Counted from the first letter of the stretch, positions 7,143 through 16,128 are shown. The stretch: DNA of 64,000 nt from an uncultured bacterium (GCA_937907535.1 CALCID010000008.1:15393-79392); one strand, 5' to 3'. The notes: generated by a model from the letters alone, not told the origin. Program-made: numbers and translations.

Positions 7143-8932
7143 GCGCCCTCCTCCGGGTTTGCCCCCTTGCGGGAGCGTTGATGATCCGGTTCCGCATCCC
7201 GCTTCTCACGATGGGTGGAACCGTCGCGCGCGTATTCCTGACTCCATCCGCTCCCGGTCTCGCGGGCTGGAGCTCCCGCGCGCACGCCCTCCGCAGCCGC
7301 GGCCGGTGTCATGGCCCGCGCGGCTTCCAGGATGTCCCCGCCGTCCATCGACGGCCGCACCCGCAGCGTGCCGGGCTCGAGCCCCTTCCGTTCGAGGGCC
7401 CCGCGCAGCTCGCTCAAACGGGCGGCGAGGGTGTCGGCGGTCGCCGGGTCCGCAACGTTCAGCATGGCGTTCACCACGGCGCCGCGAACGCCCACACGGA
7501 TCCGGGCGCCGCCGCCCACATCGTCCAGGTGCAGCAGCATGTGCGACGCGGGCCGCGCCGCGGCCAGCTCCTTCAGCTCCGCAACTTCCAGGACCCGCCC
7601 GACGACGTCCGCGCCCGGCACCGCACCGAGCCCGACGCCGGCCCGGGTCGAGCCGACGTTCGTCGGCGCCGGGGCCACGCTCGCCGCGCTCTCCGCGACC
7701 GTGCCCGCTCCGCCTTCGGCGCCTACCTGGCCAGGCGACGTCTCCACGGCCACACTCCCGGACACCATCCCCAGCTCGCGCTCCGTCACCCCTCCGCGGG
7801 ATGCGGCCGCCCGTCCCCGGCCCGTGGCGCCAGCCACACCGGCGAGACCGGCCTCCGGCGCGGCCGGCCGGGCCACCTGCGCCACCGCCGCGGGTGCGGC
7901 CGCGCGCACCTCCGCCGCGACCGCCACCGCCGCGGGCCGCGCGACCAGCGGCCCGCCTGCGCCGCCTGCCCGACCCGTGCCCCCGGAGACCGACTCGCCT
8001 GTCGCCAGCTCGAGGTGGCCGGGGTCACGGGCGCCCAGCGTACGCAACCCCTCCTCCGCCGCCACCCGCGCCAGCCGGGCGTAGCCGGCCGGGTTGTCGT
8101 ACGTCCCATCCACGATCACGTCCGCCGCCTGACCCCGCGTGTGCGCCGAGTTCAGCGTCCACGTCACCACCGGCCCCGGCCGCGTCCGCCCCTGCGCGTG
8201 CAGGTGCGCCTGCCGCTCCGGCGCCCGGTAGCCCTCCACGACCCGCACGTCGTGACCGTACTCGTCCCGCATCCGCTGGATCACCCGCTCGAGCCGGGAC
8301 CGGAACTCGGCGTCCAGGCGCCCGAGGTCCGTATCCACTCGCTCCACCGCGGCCCGATGCTCCGCCGTGCTCACTTCCGGCGCGGCGAGCCCAGCCTCCG
8401 CCCCGTCCACGTGCGCCGGAGCATCGTGCGCCCCGGCGCCGGCGCCGGGCACGGCCTCCCGCCCGCCCCGCACCACCGCGCCGCCCGCCGCGTCGTCCAG
8501 GCCATCGCCCACGGCCGCGTCATCCACCGGCAGCTCCGCCGCCGCACCTTCTGCATCCGCCGCGTACGGCCCGCCCGTGACCCATGCGTCCTCCACCTCC
8601 GCCAACACCTCTCCGTCCACACCCGATGCTCCGGCGCCGTGCTCCGATGACCCGGCGCGCCCCCCGGGAGCATCAGCGCCACGCACATCCGACGTCGCCC
8701 CGCCTGCGCGCACGGCAGCCGGCTCGTCGAGATCAGAGCCGAATGTGGCATCCCCGATGGGCTCGTGCGCCGGCGGCTCCGGCCGGGGCGCGGGCGGCCG
8801 CGCGGCGTTCAGCGCCGCGCCCAGCACCGCTCCGAATTCGGGCGCGGGCTCCGCCTGCCGCCCCACCCGCGCGGCCGCGGGCCGGGCCGCCGGCGCCGGC
8901 ACGGGAAGGAGCTCGGGGCCGATGCTCATCAC
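7139..8932 (-). CDS. fliK: FliK-like hook-length control protein with an embedded M15 (LAS, CwlK/phage-endolysin-like) peptidoglycan peptidase domain
   Basis: 597 aa in the fliK slot. Residues ~445-525 (nt ~7358-7600) read LHLDDVGGGARIRVGVRGAVVNAMLNVADPATADTLAARLSELRGALERKGLEP, resembling the FliK C-terminal (Flg_hook) domain. Residues ~200-310 (nt ~8003-8335) read EGYRAPERQAHLHAQGRTRPGPVVTWTLNSAHTRGQAADVIVDG...DPGHLE, the LAS zinc-peptidase signature. The start is the GTG at 8932 or the ATG at 8929. Confidence 0.8.
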   Translation of the reverse strand: MMSIGPELLPVPAPAARPAAARVGRQAEPAPEFGAVLGAALNAARPPAPRPEPPAHEPIGDATFGSDLDEPAAVRAGGATSDVRGADAPGGRAGSSEHGAGASGVDGEVLAEVEDAWVTGGPYAADAEGAAAELPVDDAAVGDGLDDAAGGAVVRGGREAVPGAGAGAHDAPAHVDGAEAGLAAPEVSTAEHRAAVERVDTDLGRLDAEFRSRLERVIQRMRDEYGHDVRVVEGYRAPERQAHLHAQGRTRPGPVVTWTLNSAHTRGQAADVIVDGTYDNPAGYARLARVAAEEGLRTLGARDPGHLELATGESVSGGTGRAGGAGGPLVARPAAVAVAAEVRAAAPAAVAQVARPAAPEAGLAGVAGATGRGRAAASRGGVTERELGMVSGSVAVETSPGQVGAEGGAGTVAESAASVAPAPTNVGSTRAGVGLGAVPGADVVGRVLEVAELKELAAARPASHMLLHLDDVGGGARIRVGVRGAVVNAMLNVADPATADTLAARLSELRGALERKGLEPGTLRVRPSMDGGDILEAARAMTPAAAAEGVRAGAPARETGSGWSQEYARDGSTHREKRDAEPDHQRSRKGANPEEGA

Positions 8933-9552
8933 GGTCTACCTCCCGTGGCGAAGAGCGTCCGGGTCACATCCGCCGCGCGCTCCGGGTCGAACTGGCTGAG
9001 GATCGCGGCGGCCTGCCTCCCGGGCAGCTGCGCGAGGATCGCCTCGATTTCCCGGATCTCGAGCCGCTCCAGCACCCGGGCGGCATCCGCCGGTTTCATG
9101 GAGCGGAAGATCGCGGCCAGGCGCCGGGTGCCCTCCGGCGAGCCGGGCGCGGCCGGGGCGACGTCGCCTTCCTCGACCGCTGCCGGCGCATCGTTCCCGG
9201 CGTCCGCCAGGAGCGCCGCCGCGCCGCCGGCACCCGCCGTGTCCGGCGCGCTCCCCGCCTCCTGGCCCGGGAGCTCCTGCGCAACGATCGCCACCGCGTC
9301 CGATCCATCCGTCGGCAGGCTGTCCTGCGCACCGCTCCCGGCCAGCAGGTCCGCCAGCAGCTCGCCCGGCCCGACCGGCTCCAGGGGGAATTGCGGCAGG
9401 CCCATGCCGGGCTCGGCCTCGGGCGTCTCCCCGGCCCCCGCGGCTTCCACGACCTCCACCCCGGCCCGGGGCGCGGCGAACAGCCCGGCCACGGTCCCGC
9501 CGCTCAGGCCGAGGACGAAGCCGGCCAGACCGAAGAGCAGTAGTCTCATCAC
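8929..9552 (-). CDS. Flagellar-locus protein with an MgtE_N-like C-terminal domain (YlxF/MotE/FlbB-like)
   Basis: 207 aa with an N-terminal TM helix, an acidic Ala/Pro-rich linker, and the C-terminal segment RLAAIFRSMKPADAARVLERLEIREIEAILAQLPGRQAAAILSQFDPERAADV. It occupies the same fliJ-X-fliK position as ylxF in fla/che-type operons. Confidence 0.7.
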   Translation of the reverse strand: MMRLLLFGLAGFVLGLSGGTVAGLFAAPRAGVEVVEAAGAGETPEAEPGMGLPQFPLEPVGPGELLADLLAGSGAQDSLPTDGSDAVAIVAQELPGQEAGSAPDTAGAGGAAALLADAGNDAPAAVEEGDVAPAAPGSPEGTRRLAAIFRSMKPADAARVLERLEIREIEAILAQLPGRQAAAILSQFDPERAADVTRTLFATGGRP

Positions 9553-10025
9553 CGCGACGCCTCCTCCTTGTGGACGTTTTCTTGCCTGGCATTGCCGTGC
9601 CGGACGATCGCGGTCTCATCCAGGATCTGCTGCTCGGCCCGCAGCCGATCGAGCAGCCAGCTTTCGAAATCCCGCTCCCGGAGCCGGTCCAGGATCCGCC
9701 GCTCCCGGCGTGCGCGGTTCATGGCCGCCAGCGCGGCGCTCACGTTCTCTTCCGCCGCTTCCGTCGCCGTCGTCGCCTCCGCGACCAGGTCCCCCAGGCG
9801 ATCGAGCACGTACTGGAGGTTCTGGAGCTGGCCGACCGACCCGCCCAGGCCGTGCGCCCGGGCGAGCTGGTCCCGGCCCGCGTTCCGCGCCGCCTCCAGC
9901 GCCAGCATCGCCTGCCGCGCCTTCTCCGCCTCCTTGCGCGCCCGCGCCAGCTTCGCCGCCATTTCCTTCTCCACTCGCCGGCGCAGCTCGAGCACCTTCT
10001 CCAGTCGGAAGCTGTACGCGTTCAC
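9549..10025 (-). CDS. fliJ: Flagellar export chaperone/stalk protein FliJ
   Basis: 158 aa, predicted coiled-coil. YSFRLEKVLELRRRVEKEMAAKLARARKEAEKARQ resembles FliJ. It lies immediately after fliI with a 4-nt overlap. Confidence 0.8.
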   Translation of the reverse strand: MNAYSFRLEKVLELRRRVEKEMAAKLARARKEAEKARQAMLALEAARNAGRDQLARAHGLGGSVGQLQNLQYVLDRLGDLVAEATTATEAAEENVSAALAAMNRARRERRILDRLRERDFESWLLDRLRAEQQILDETAIVRHGNARQENVHKEEASR

Positions 10026-11356
10026 GGCTCACCCCGGCGCTGGATCGTTTCGGCACGGGCCGCGAGCTCGAGCATGCCCTGCCGCGTCCGCTCCAGGTCC
10101 GACGGCTCGTCCGGCCGCTGACGCAGGAAATCGGTGATGGGGTCCCGCAGCCGGATCGCGGCATCGATCACCGCGTTGGACCCGTACTGGTAGGCGCCCA
10201 CGGAGATCAGGTCCTCGTTCTCCCGGTACACGGCCAGGAGCTGGAGCACGTTGTCCGCGGCGCGGCGATGCTCGGCATCGATGATCTGGTTCCGCACGCG
10301 GCTCGTGCTCTGGAGCACGTCGATCGCCGGGAAGTGGCCGCTCGTGGCGAGCTGCCGGGTCAGCACGATGTGGCCGTCCAGGATGGAGCGGGTCGCGTCC
10401 GCGACGGGTTCGTTGAAGTCGTCGCCTTCCACGAGCACCGTGTAGATCCCGCTGATCGAGCCCCGTTCGGCGTTGCCCGCCCGCTCCAGGAGCCGCGGCA
10501 GTGCGGCGAAGACCGACGGCGGGTACCCCCGGGTCGTCGGCGGCTCGCCCACCGCCAGCCCGATCTCGCGCCACGCCATGGCCACCCGGGTGATGGAGTC
10601 GACCATGAGCAGCACCTGCATCCCCTGGTCGCGGAAGTACTCGGCGATGGAGGTCGCCACGAGCGCGCCGCGGGCGCGGATCAGCGCGGCCTCGTCGCCG
10701 GTGGCCACCACCACGACGGAGCGCGCGAGCCCCTCGGGTCCGAGGGATTCCTCGAGGAAGTCCCGGACTTCGCGGCCGCGCTCGCCGAGCAGGGCGATCA
10801 CGTTGACGTCCGCCGTGGTCCGACGCGCGATCATGCCGAGCAGCGTACTCTTCCCCACGCCGCTCCCCGCGAAGATCCCGACCCGCTGGCCGCGGCCGAG
10901 GGTGAGCAGGCCGTCGATGGCCCGCACGCCGGTGGCGAGCGGCTCGCGGACCGGTCTCCGCACCAGCGGGTTCGGCGGATCGGCGACCAGCGGCACGCGC
11001 ACCGTCGGGCCGAGATCGCCCTTGCCGTCGATCGGCTGTCCGAGCCCGTTCAACACGCGGCCCAGCAGGCCGGGACCGACGTCGACGCCCCAGGCCCGGC
11101 CCAGCGGCTCCACCGCGCTCCCCGGGTGCACGCCTTCCAGCCCGCCCAGCGGCATGAGCAGCACGGCGCGCTCGTGGAACCCGACCACCTCCGCCAGCAC
11201 GGTCCGCCCCGTGGTCGCGCTCCGGATCCGGCAGAGCTCGCCGAGCGGCACATCCAGGCCGGTGGCCTCGATCACGAGACCCACGACCCGTGACACGCGG
11301 CCGTAGACCGCGAAGCGGGGCACCGACCCCAGCTTGCGCAGGTAGAGCTCAACCAT
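10022..11356 (-). CDS. fliI: Flagellum-specific ATPase FliI
   Basis: 444 aa. It has Walker A GIFAGSGVGKSTLLG, Walker B-like LLMVDSITRVAMAWREIGL, and a T3SS ATPase layout. Confidence 0.97.
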   Translation of the reverse strand: MVELYLRKLGSVPRFAVYGRVSRVVGLVIEATGLDVPLGELCRIRSATTGRTVLAEVVGFHERAVLLMPLGGLEGVHPGSAVEPLGRAWGVDVGPGLLGRVLNGLGQPIDGKGDLGPTVRVPLVADPPNPLVRRPVREPLATGVRAIDGLLTLGRGQRVGIFAGSGVGKSTLLGMIARRTTADVNVIALLGERGREVRDFLEESLGPEGLARSVVVVATGDEAALIRARGALVATSIAEYFRDQGMQVLLMVDSITRVAMAWREIGLAVGEPPTTRGYPPSVFAALPRLLERAGNAERGSISGIYTVLVEGDDFNEPVADATRSILDGHIVLTRQLATSGHFPAIDVLQSTSRVRNQIIDAEHRRAADNVLQLLAVYRENEDLISVGAYQYGSNAVIDAAIRLRDPITDFLRQRPDEPSDLERTRQGMLELAARAETIQRRGEP

Positions 11357-12065
11357 TGATCAGCGCCCAGTACGCGCGCTCGAGCGCGAGATCCACACGA
11401 CCGTCCACGATCCTGTCCTGCCCTTCGACCAGGCACCCGCCCCGCCGGACCGCCGGGTCCGGAAGCCAGCGTACCTCCCGGCCGGGCGCGATCGGAACCG
11501 GCCCCTGGCCGTCCGGCCTCGCCGCCGAGATCAGCGCGAGATCCTGCGGGTTGATCCGGATCCGGACCGGCTGGTTCAGCGGGAAGTGGGAAAGGGCCCG
11601 GCGCACCAGCTCCGCTACGATGTCCCGCCCGGACTCCAGCTCCCGACCGATCAGGTGCTGCGCCACCGCGATCGCCAGCGCCACGAGGTTCTTTTCCATG
11701 ACCTCCGCGCGCTGGGCCTCCGCCTCCCGGAGCGCATCGACGGCGCGCTCCGCCGCCAGCACCGCATCCGCGAGCTTCGCCGCCTCCTCCCGCCGCCCCT
11801 CCTCGATCCCCGCGGCGCGGCCCCGCTCATACGCTTCCTTCAGCTCCTCTTCGTGCCGCTCCACCAGCGCCTGGATCACTTCCTCCGGCGACGGCGCCGG
11901 CGGCTCCGGCGGCGGAGGCGGCTCCTCCGGCGCCGGGGGCTCCTCGACCGGCGGATCATCCTGCGGCACGTACAGCTCCAGCTCCGCCGGCGTCCACGTC
12001 AGCGGACGCGGGGGCTCCCGCCGCTCCTGCGTGATGCTCCCCAGGTCAATGGACGACCAGGTCAT
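11349..12065 (-). CDS. fliH: Flagellar assembly protein FliH
   Basis: 238 aa. It has a charged coiled-coil (EELKEAYERGRAAGIEEGRREEAAKLADAV) and then the FliH C-domain (NLVALAIAVAQHLIGRELESGRDIVAELVRRAL...VRIRINPQDL). Confidence 0.85.
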   Translation of the reverse strand: MTWSSIDLGSITQERREPPRPLTWTPAELELYVPQDDPPVEEPPAPEEPPPPPEPPAPSPEEVIQALVERHEEELKEAYERGRAAGIEEGRREEAAKLADAVLAAERAVDALREAEAQRAEVMEKNLVALAIAVAQHLIGRELESGRDIVAELVRRALSHFPLNQPVRIRINPQDLALISAARPDGQGPVPIAPGREVRWLPDPAVRRGGCLVEGQDRIVDGRVDLALERAYWALING

Positions 12066-13095
12066 CCACCCCTCCGCCGATCACGATCTCCCCGGCCTCC
12101 TCCAGATCCCGCACCGCCTTCACGATCGCCGCCTGCGCCGTCATCACGTCCCGCACGCGGACCGGGCCCAGGAGCTCCATCTCCTCCTTCAGCGCCTCGA
12201 CCGCACGCTTCGACATGATCGACAGGATCCGGCTCTTCAGCTCGTCGCTCGCCGTCTTCAACGCGAGCGCGATCTCCTTCGACTCCACCTCCCGCAGCAC
12301 CCGCTGCAACGAGCGGTCGTCCAGCTTGATCAGATCCTCGAATACGAACATCAGGTTCTTGATCTGATCGCACAGCTCCGAACTGTGCTGCGCTATGCCG
12401 CTCAGCAGCTCCGCCTCGATCGGGCCCGCAACCTGGTTCAGCACCTCCGCCACCGCCGCCGGGCCGCCCACCGAGCTCATGTCGCGGCTCATCGCCAGCC
12501 CGGCCTCGTTGCCCATGGAGCGCTCCACCACCTCGAGGATCTCCGGGAGCACCTTCTCCAGGCGGGCCATCCGGTAGAGGACTTCCGCTCCCAGGTCCGT
12601 CGGCAGTTCCTTGATCACCTCGGCCGCCTGCGCCGAGCCCAGGTGCGCGAGGATCAGCGCCACGGTCTGCGGGTGCTCGTTGCGCAGCAGCGATCCGAGC
12701 TGCTGCGGATCCGCTTCCCGGAGCGTACGGAAGCCGCCGCTGTCCTGGAGCTGCGACTCGATCCGCTTCAGCACCACCGCCGCCTTCTGCGGACCGAGCA
12801 CCTGCTCCAGGAGCTGCCGCGCGTACTCCACGCCGCCCTGCGTCAACGAGTGCGCGGCCTGCTCCGTCTTCTCCCACTCCTCAAGGACCGCCTCCGCCAC
12901 GTCGACCGGGACGTGCTCCAGCCGGGCGATCTCGAGCGTGATCTCCTCGAGCTCCTCCGGCTCCATGTGCTGCGTCAGCTTCGCAGCCGCCTCGGGCCCG
13001 AGCGCCATGCAGAGCACCGCGACCTTCTGGCGGCCAGTCAGGTCCTCCACGCGCATCGGCCGCCCGAACACCGACTTCACCATGGCATCAGCCAT
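12046..13095 (-). CDS. fliG: Flagellar motor switch protein FliG
   Basis: 349 aa. It contains LTGRQKVAVLCMALGPEAAAKL, EHPQTVALILAHL and MFVFEDLIKLDDRSLQRVLREV, all typical FliG motifs. Confidence 0.95.
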   Translation of the reverse strand: MADAMVKSVFGRPMRVEDLTGRQKVAVLCMALGPEAAAKLTQHMEPEELEEITLEIARLEHVPVDVAEAVLEEWEKTEQAAHSLTQGGVEYARQLLEQVLGPQKAAVVLKRIESQLQDSGGFRTLREADPQQLGSLLRNEHPQTVALILAHLGSAQAAEVIKELPTDLGAEVLYRMARLEKVLPEILEVVERSMGNEAGLAMSRDMSSVGGPAAVAEVLNQVAGPIEAELLSGIAQHSSELCDQIKNLMFVFEDLIKLDDRSLQRVLREVESKEIALALKTASDELKSRILSIMSKRAVEALKEEMELLGPVRVRDVMTAQAAIVKAVRDLEEAGEIVIGGGVDDLVVH

Positions 13096-14584
13096 CCTTC
13101 AGCCACGCTCGAAGCACCCGGGTCGCCACGTCCGGCCGATCCGACAGGGCCGCCGAAATCCGTTCCCGTCCCGCCAGGTTGATCGCCGCCAGGCCACCTT
13201 CCGGCAGCGCGGGCGCCGGCTCCGGCTCATCCGGCAGCTCCGGAGCCGCCGGCTCCTGCGGCGGCGCCGGCGGACGCAGCGCGGCCAGCACCCGCAGCCC
13301 GATCACGAACGCGAGCGCCAGCGCCACCAGCGTGAGCAGCTGCCGGTGGTACTGCTGGACCGTCACCAGCAGGCCACCCTCCGGCGCCGGCAGCACGGGC
13401 TCGCCCCCCTCGAACGGCACGTTCACCACCGAAATGGCATCGCCCCGGGACTCGTCGATCCCCACCGCGTTGCGCACCAGCGCCTCCAGCCGGGCCAACT
13501 CCTCCGGGGTCCGCGGCTCCATGCGCACGCCGTCCGGGCCCTCCACCTTGCGGTCGTTGACCAGCACGGCCACCGTCAGCCGCTCCACCGCGCCCACCGC
13601 GCTCGAGTACGTCTCGAGCATCCGCGTCACATCGAAGGACGTCGACGACGTGGCCGAAGCCGCGCCCTCCGTGTTCGGGCCCGGCGTGATCTCCGACGTC
13701 TCCTCGCGGAGCACCACTTGCTGCTCCGGATCCACCGACTGCACCGTCCGGTCGATTCGGTCAAACCGGATCGTGGCCGCCACCCGGACCCGCGCGTTCC
13801 CCGCGCCGACCACCTGCCCCAGCAGGTCCTCCGCCTTCTGCTCCAGGTGCTGCTCCACCTCCCGCTGCGCCGCGAGCTGTCGACGCGTCGGCGCCGACGA
13901 TGAGCCCGGCTCGACCGACGCGTTCAGCACCCGACCCGTGTGGTCCAGCACCGTCACGTTCTCGCTCAGCAGGCCATCCACCGCGCTCGCCACGAGGAAC
14001 GTGATCCCCTCCACCAGCTCCGGACCCGGCCGCGCGCCCGAGCGCAGCCGCACCACCACCGACGCCGCCGACCGCCGTTCCTGCGAGCGCCGGAAGAGCG
14101 GCGACTCCTGGAGCGCCAGATGGACCTGGGCGTCCTCGATCCCGTCCATCTTCTCGATCGTCCGCTCCAGCTCGCCCTCCAGCGCGCGCCGGTAATTGAT
14201 CCGCTGCGTGAAGTCCGTCATCCCCCAGGCGGGCTGGTCGAACAGCTCGAAGCCCGGCCGGCCCGACTCGGGGATCCCGTCGCGCGCCAGCGCAACCCGC
14301 ACCCGTGCCAGGTCCGCGTCCCGAACCCGCACCACCGAGCCGGCACGGTCCAGCCGGTACTGGATCCCGTACTCCTCCAGCTTCGCCGTGACCTCGCCGA
14401 CCATCGTGAGCGGCATCCCCGGCAGCAGCGGAACCCACGTCGGCGCCGTCGCCCAGCGGGAGATGGCGAGGATCACCACCACCATCGCGACCCCCACGCC
14501 GATGAACAGCACCCGCCGTTCGCCGCCCAGCCGCTCCAGTAGCCGTCTGACGTTCTCGGGCATCTCCGCCGTCCGTGCTTCCAC
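13088..14584 (-). CDS. fliF: Flagellar M-ring protein FliF
   Basis: 498 aa with an N-terminal TM helix. It contains LEEYGIQYRLDRAGSVVRVRDADLARVRVALARDGIPESG and LEGELERTIEKMDGIEDAQVHLAL (YscJ/FliF family), plus a C-terminal TM helix. Confidence 0.95.
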   Translation of the reverse strand: MEARTAEMPENVRRLLERLGGERRVLFIGVGVAMVVVILAISRWATAPTWVPLLPGMPLTMVGEVTAKLEEYGIQYRLDRAGSVVRVRDADLARVRVALARDGIPESGRPGFELFDQPAWGMTDFTQRINYRRALEGELERTIEKMDGIEDAQVHLALQESPLFRRSQERRSAASVVVRLRSGARPGPELVEGITFLVASAVDGLLSENVTVLDHTGRVLNASVEPGSSSAPTRRQLAAQREVEQHLEQKAEDLLGQVVGAGNARVRVAATIRFDRIDRTVQSVDPEQQVVLREETSEITPGPNTEGAASATSSTSFDVTRMLETYSSAVGAVERLTVAVLVNDRKVEGPDGVRMEPRTPEELARLEALVRNAVGIDESRGDAISVVNVPFEGGEPVLPAPEGGLLVTVQQYHRQLLTLVALALAFVIGLRVLAALRPPAPPQEPAAPELPDEPEPAPALPEGGLAAINLAGRERISAALSDRPDVATRVLRAWLKDG

Positions 14585-14587
14585 GCC

Positions 14588-14905
14588 TCAGGTCTGCATG
14601 TTGATCACCGACCGGTACGCCTCGGCCAGCTTGTTCCGCACCTCGATCAGCAGCTCCAGCGCGAGCCCGGCCTCCTCAGCCGACGCCATGACCTGGTGCA
14701 GCTCCACCGGTTCGCCCTGGAGGAACGCGCTGATCGCGTCCTTCGCCTCCTCCTGGAGCGCAGAGACCTCGCCGATCGCGCGCTTCAGCGTGTCGGCGAA
14801 GCCCGTACCGCCCCGCGCCGGACCGAACCCCTCGAGCCGGATCCCGCCCGTGTCGAACGGGGGCCGCCCGGCGCCGCCGATTCCGCCGATCCCGCCGTTC
14901 ATCAC
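14588..14905 (-). CDS. fliE: Flagellar hook-basal body protein FliE
   Basis: 105 aa. FADTLKRAIGEVSALQEEAKDAISAFLQGEPVELHQVMASAEEAGLALELLIEVRNKLAEAYRSVINMQ is canonical FliE. Confidence 0.9.
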   Translation of the reverse strand: MMNGGIGGIGGAGRPPFDTGGIRLEGFGPARGGTGFADTLKRAIGEVSALQEEAKDAISAFLQGEPVELHQVMASAEEAGLALELLIEVRNKLAEAYRSVINMQT

Positions 14906-15256
14906 TCAGACCCGGATGTCGATCCGCCCGCCCCGGACCGCCGGCGCGGACGAGGCATCCCCCGCACCGGGCCGGTACGTCAGCGGACCCATGGCCTGCA
15001 CCCGCGCGAAGTACGCGCGCTCTTCCGTCGTCAGCACGCTCCACAGCGCCGGGTCCGTGCCCGGGGGGGCGGCCGCCGGCACGGCACTCGCGCTGGGCGA
15101 CGTCGCACCCGAACCCGCCACGGCGCCCGCAGCGCTCCCCGCGCTCGCACGCTCCCGCTCCGTGACCTGGCGCGACGCACCACCGGCCGCCGGGTGCCCC
15201 GGCTCCCGGATCAACCCCGGCAAGACCTTCGTTCCGTCGATCCCACCCAGCGACAT
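14906..15256 (-). CDS. Hypothetical protein inserted between flgC and fliE
   Basis: 116 aa. There is a strong RBS (GGAAGGAGG, 6 nt upstream of the ATG) and high third-position GC. The stop abuts the fliE start. It has an Ala/Ser/Gly-rich centre and then LWSVLTTEERAYFARVQAMGPLTY. I do not recognise the family. Confidence 0.6.
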   Translation of the reverse strand: MSLGGIDGTKVLPGLIREPGHPAAGGASRQVTERERASAGSAAGAVAGSGATSPSASAVPAAAPPGTDPALWSVLTTEERAYFARVQAMGPLTYRPGAGDASSAPAVRGGRIDIRV

Positions 15257-15270
15257 GGACGCCTCCTTCC

Positions 15271-15768
15271 TCAGATCTCCAGCGCGCGACGCAGCATCGA
15301 CTTCACCGCCTGGAACACCGTGGCGTTCGCCTCGTACGCGCGCCTCGCCTCCATCAGCGTGATTAGCTCGTCCGTCTGCCGCACGTTCGGATACCTCACG
15401 TAGCCCGCCTCATCCGCGTCCGGATGCCCCGGATCGTAGACCAGCGGACCCTCCGTCGGATCCTCCGCGATCCCGACCACCTCCACCCCGCCCGCCTCCC
15501 GCGGACCCGGCGGCGCAATCCGCGGAGCACGCCCCGCAACCGCCACCTGCACCTCCTCGAACGGCTTCGGCGCCAGCTCCACCACCTTCCGCCGGTACGG
15601 CCCTCCGTCCGGCGTACGCGTCGTCTCCGCGTTCGCGATGTTCTCCGCCGCCGTCTCGATCCTGCGACGCTGCGCCGAGAGCCCGCTCGCCGCGATCGCC
15701 AGCCCCCGGAACAGCGGCCGGACCCCGGAGCGGAACTCAGACCCGATGAACCCGAGCCGTTCGATCAT
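15271..15768 (-). CDS. flgC: Flagellar basal-body rod protein FlgC
   Basis: 165 aa. It contains LAIAASGLSAQRRRIETAAENIANAETTRTPDGGPYRRK and YVRYPNVRQTDELITLMEARRAYEANATVFQAVKSM. There is an ATGA overlap with flgB. Confidence 0.95.
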   Translation of the reverse strand: MIERLGFIGSEFRSGVRPLFRGLAIAASGLSAQRRRIETAAENIANAETTRTPDGGPYRRKVVELAPKPFEEVQVAVAGRAPRIAPPGPREAGGVEVVGIAEDPTEGPLVYDPGHPDADEAGYVRYPNVRQTDELITLMEARRAYEANATVFQAVKSMLRRALEI

Positions 15769-16055
15769 CCACGCTCCCTCACGCTCGCGCGCACCTGCGC
15801 GTAGACCTTCTGGAGCAGGCGCGACGTCGCCTCGAACCGGATCTGCTCGTCCGCCAGGGCTACCATCTCCTTCTCCAGGTCCACCCCCTCCCCCTCCGCC
15901 CCGGCCGCCGCCGCGCCCGCCAGCGCATCCGAAAAGCCCGGCGTGGACGCATTCGCCACCCGATGCGCGATCCGACGCATCTCCTGGCTGGACGCGTCCA
16001 GCGCCTCCTTCAGCGCGGGCGCGATCGAGCCCCGACCGATCAGTCCGTGCAGCAT
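15765..16055 (-). CDS. flgB: Flagellar basal-body rod protein FlgB
   Basis: Start chosen at the ATG at 16055 (MLHGLIG...), giving 96 aa. MRRIAHRVANASTPGF and DLEKEMVALADEQIRFEATSRLLQKVYAQVRASV resemble FlgB. The track ORF extends to 16187, but that extension would cover the promoter. Confidence 0.9.
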   Translation of the reverse strand: MLHGLIGRGSIAPALKEALDASSQEMRRIAHRVANASTPGFSDALAGAAAAGAEGEGVDLEKEMVALADEQIRFEATSRLLQKVYAQVRASVRERG

Positions 16056-16128
16056 GGCGTCATCACCTTCCCGTTCGCGGTAGGGAACCGGCGCCCGTAC
16101 CGCGGGCCGAGCGCCGCGCTTTGCCCGA

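Noticed and set aside
6760-8650. Two long Pro/Arg-rich plus-strand ORFs (606 and 511 aa)
   Set aside because: They are antisense to flgD and the fliK-like gene. Their extreme Pro/Arg composition reflects the complement of Ala/Gly codons.
8765-11293. 842-aa plus-strand ORF
   Set aside because: It is antisense to the ylxF-like gene, fliJ and fliI, which all have unmistakable motifs. It is a shadow ORF.
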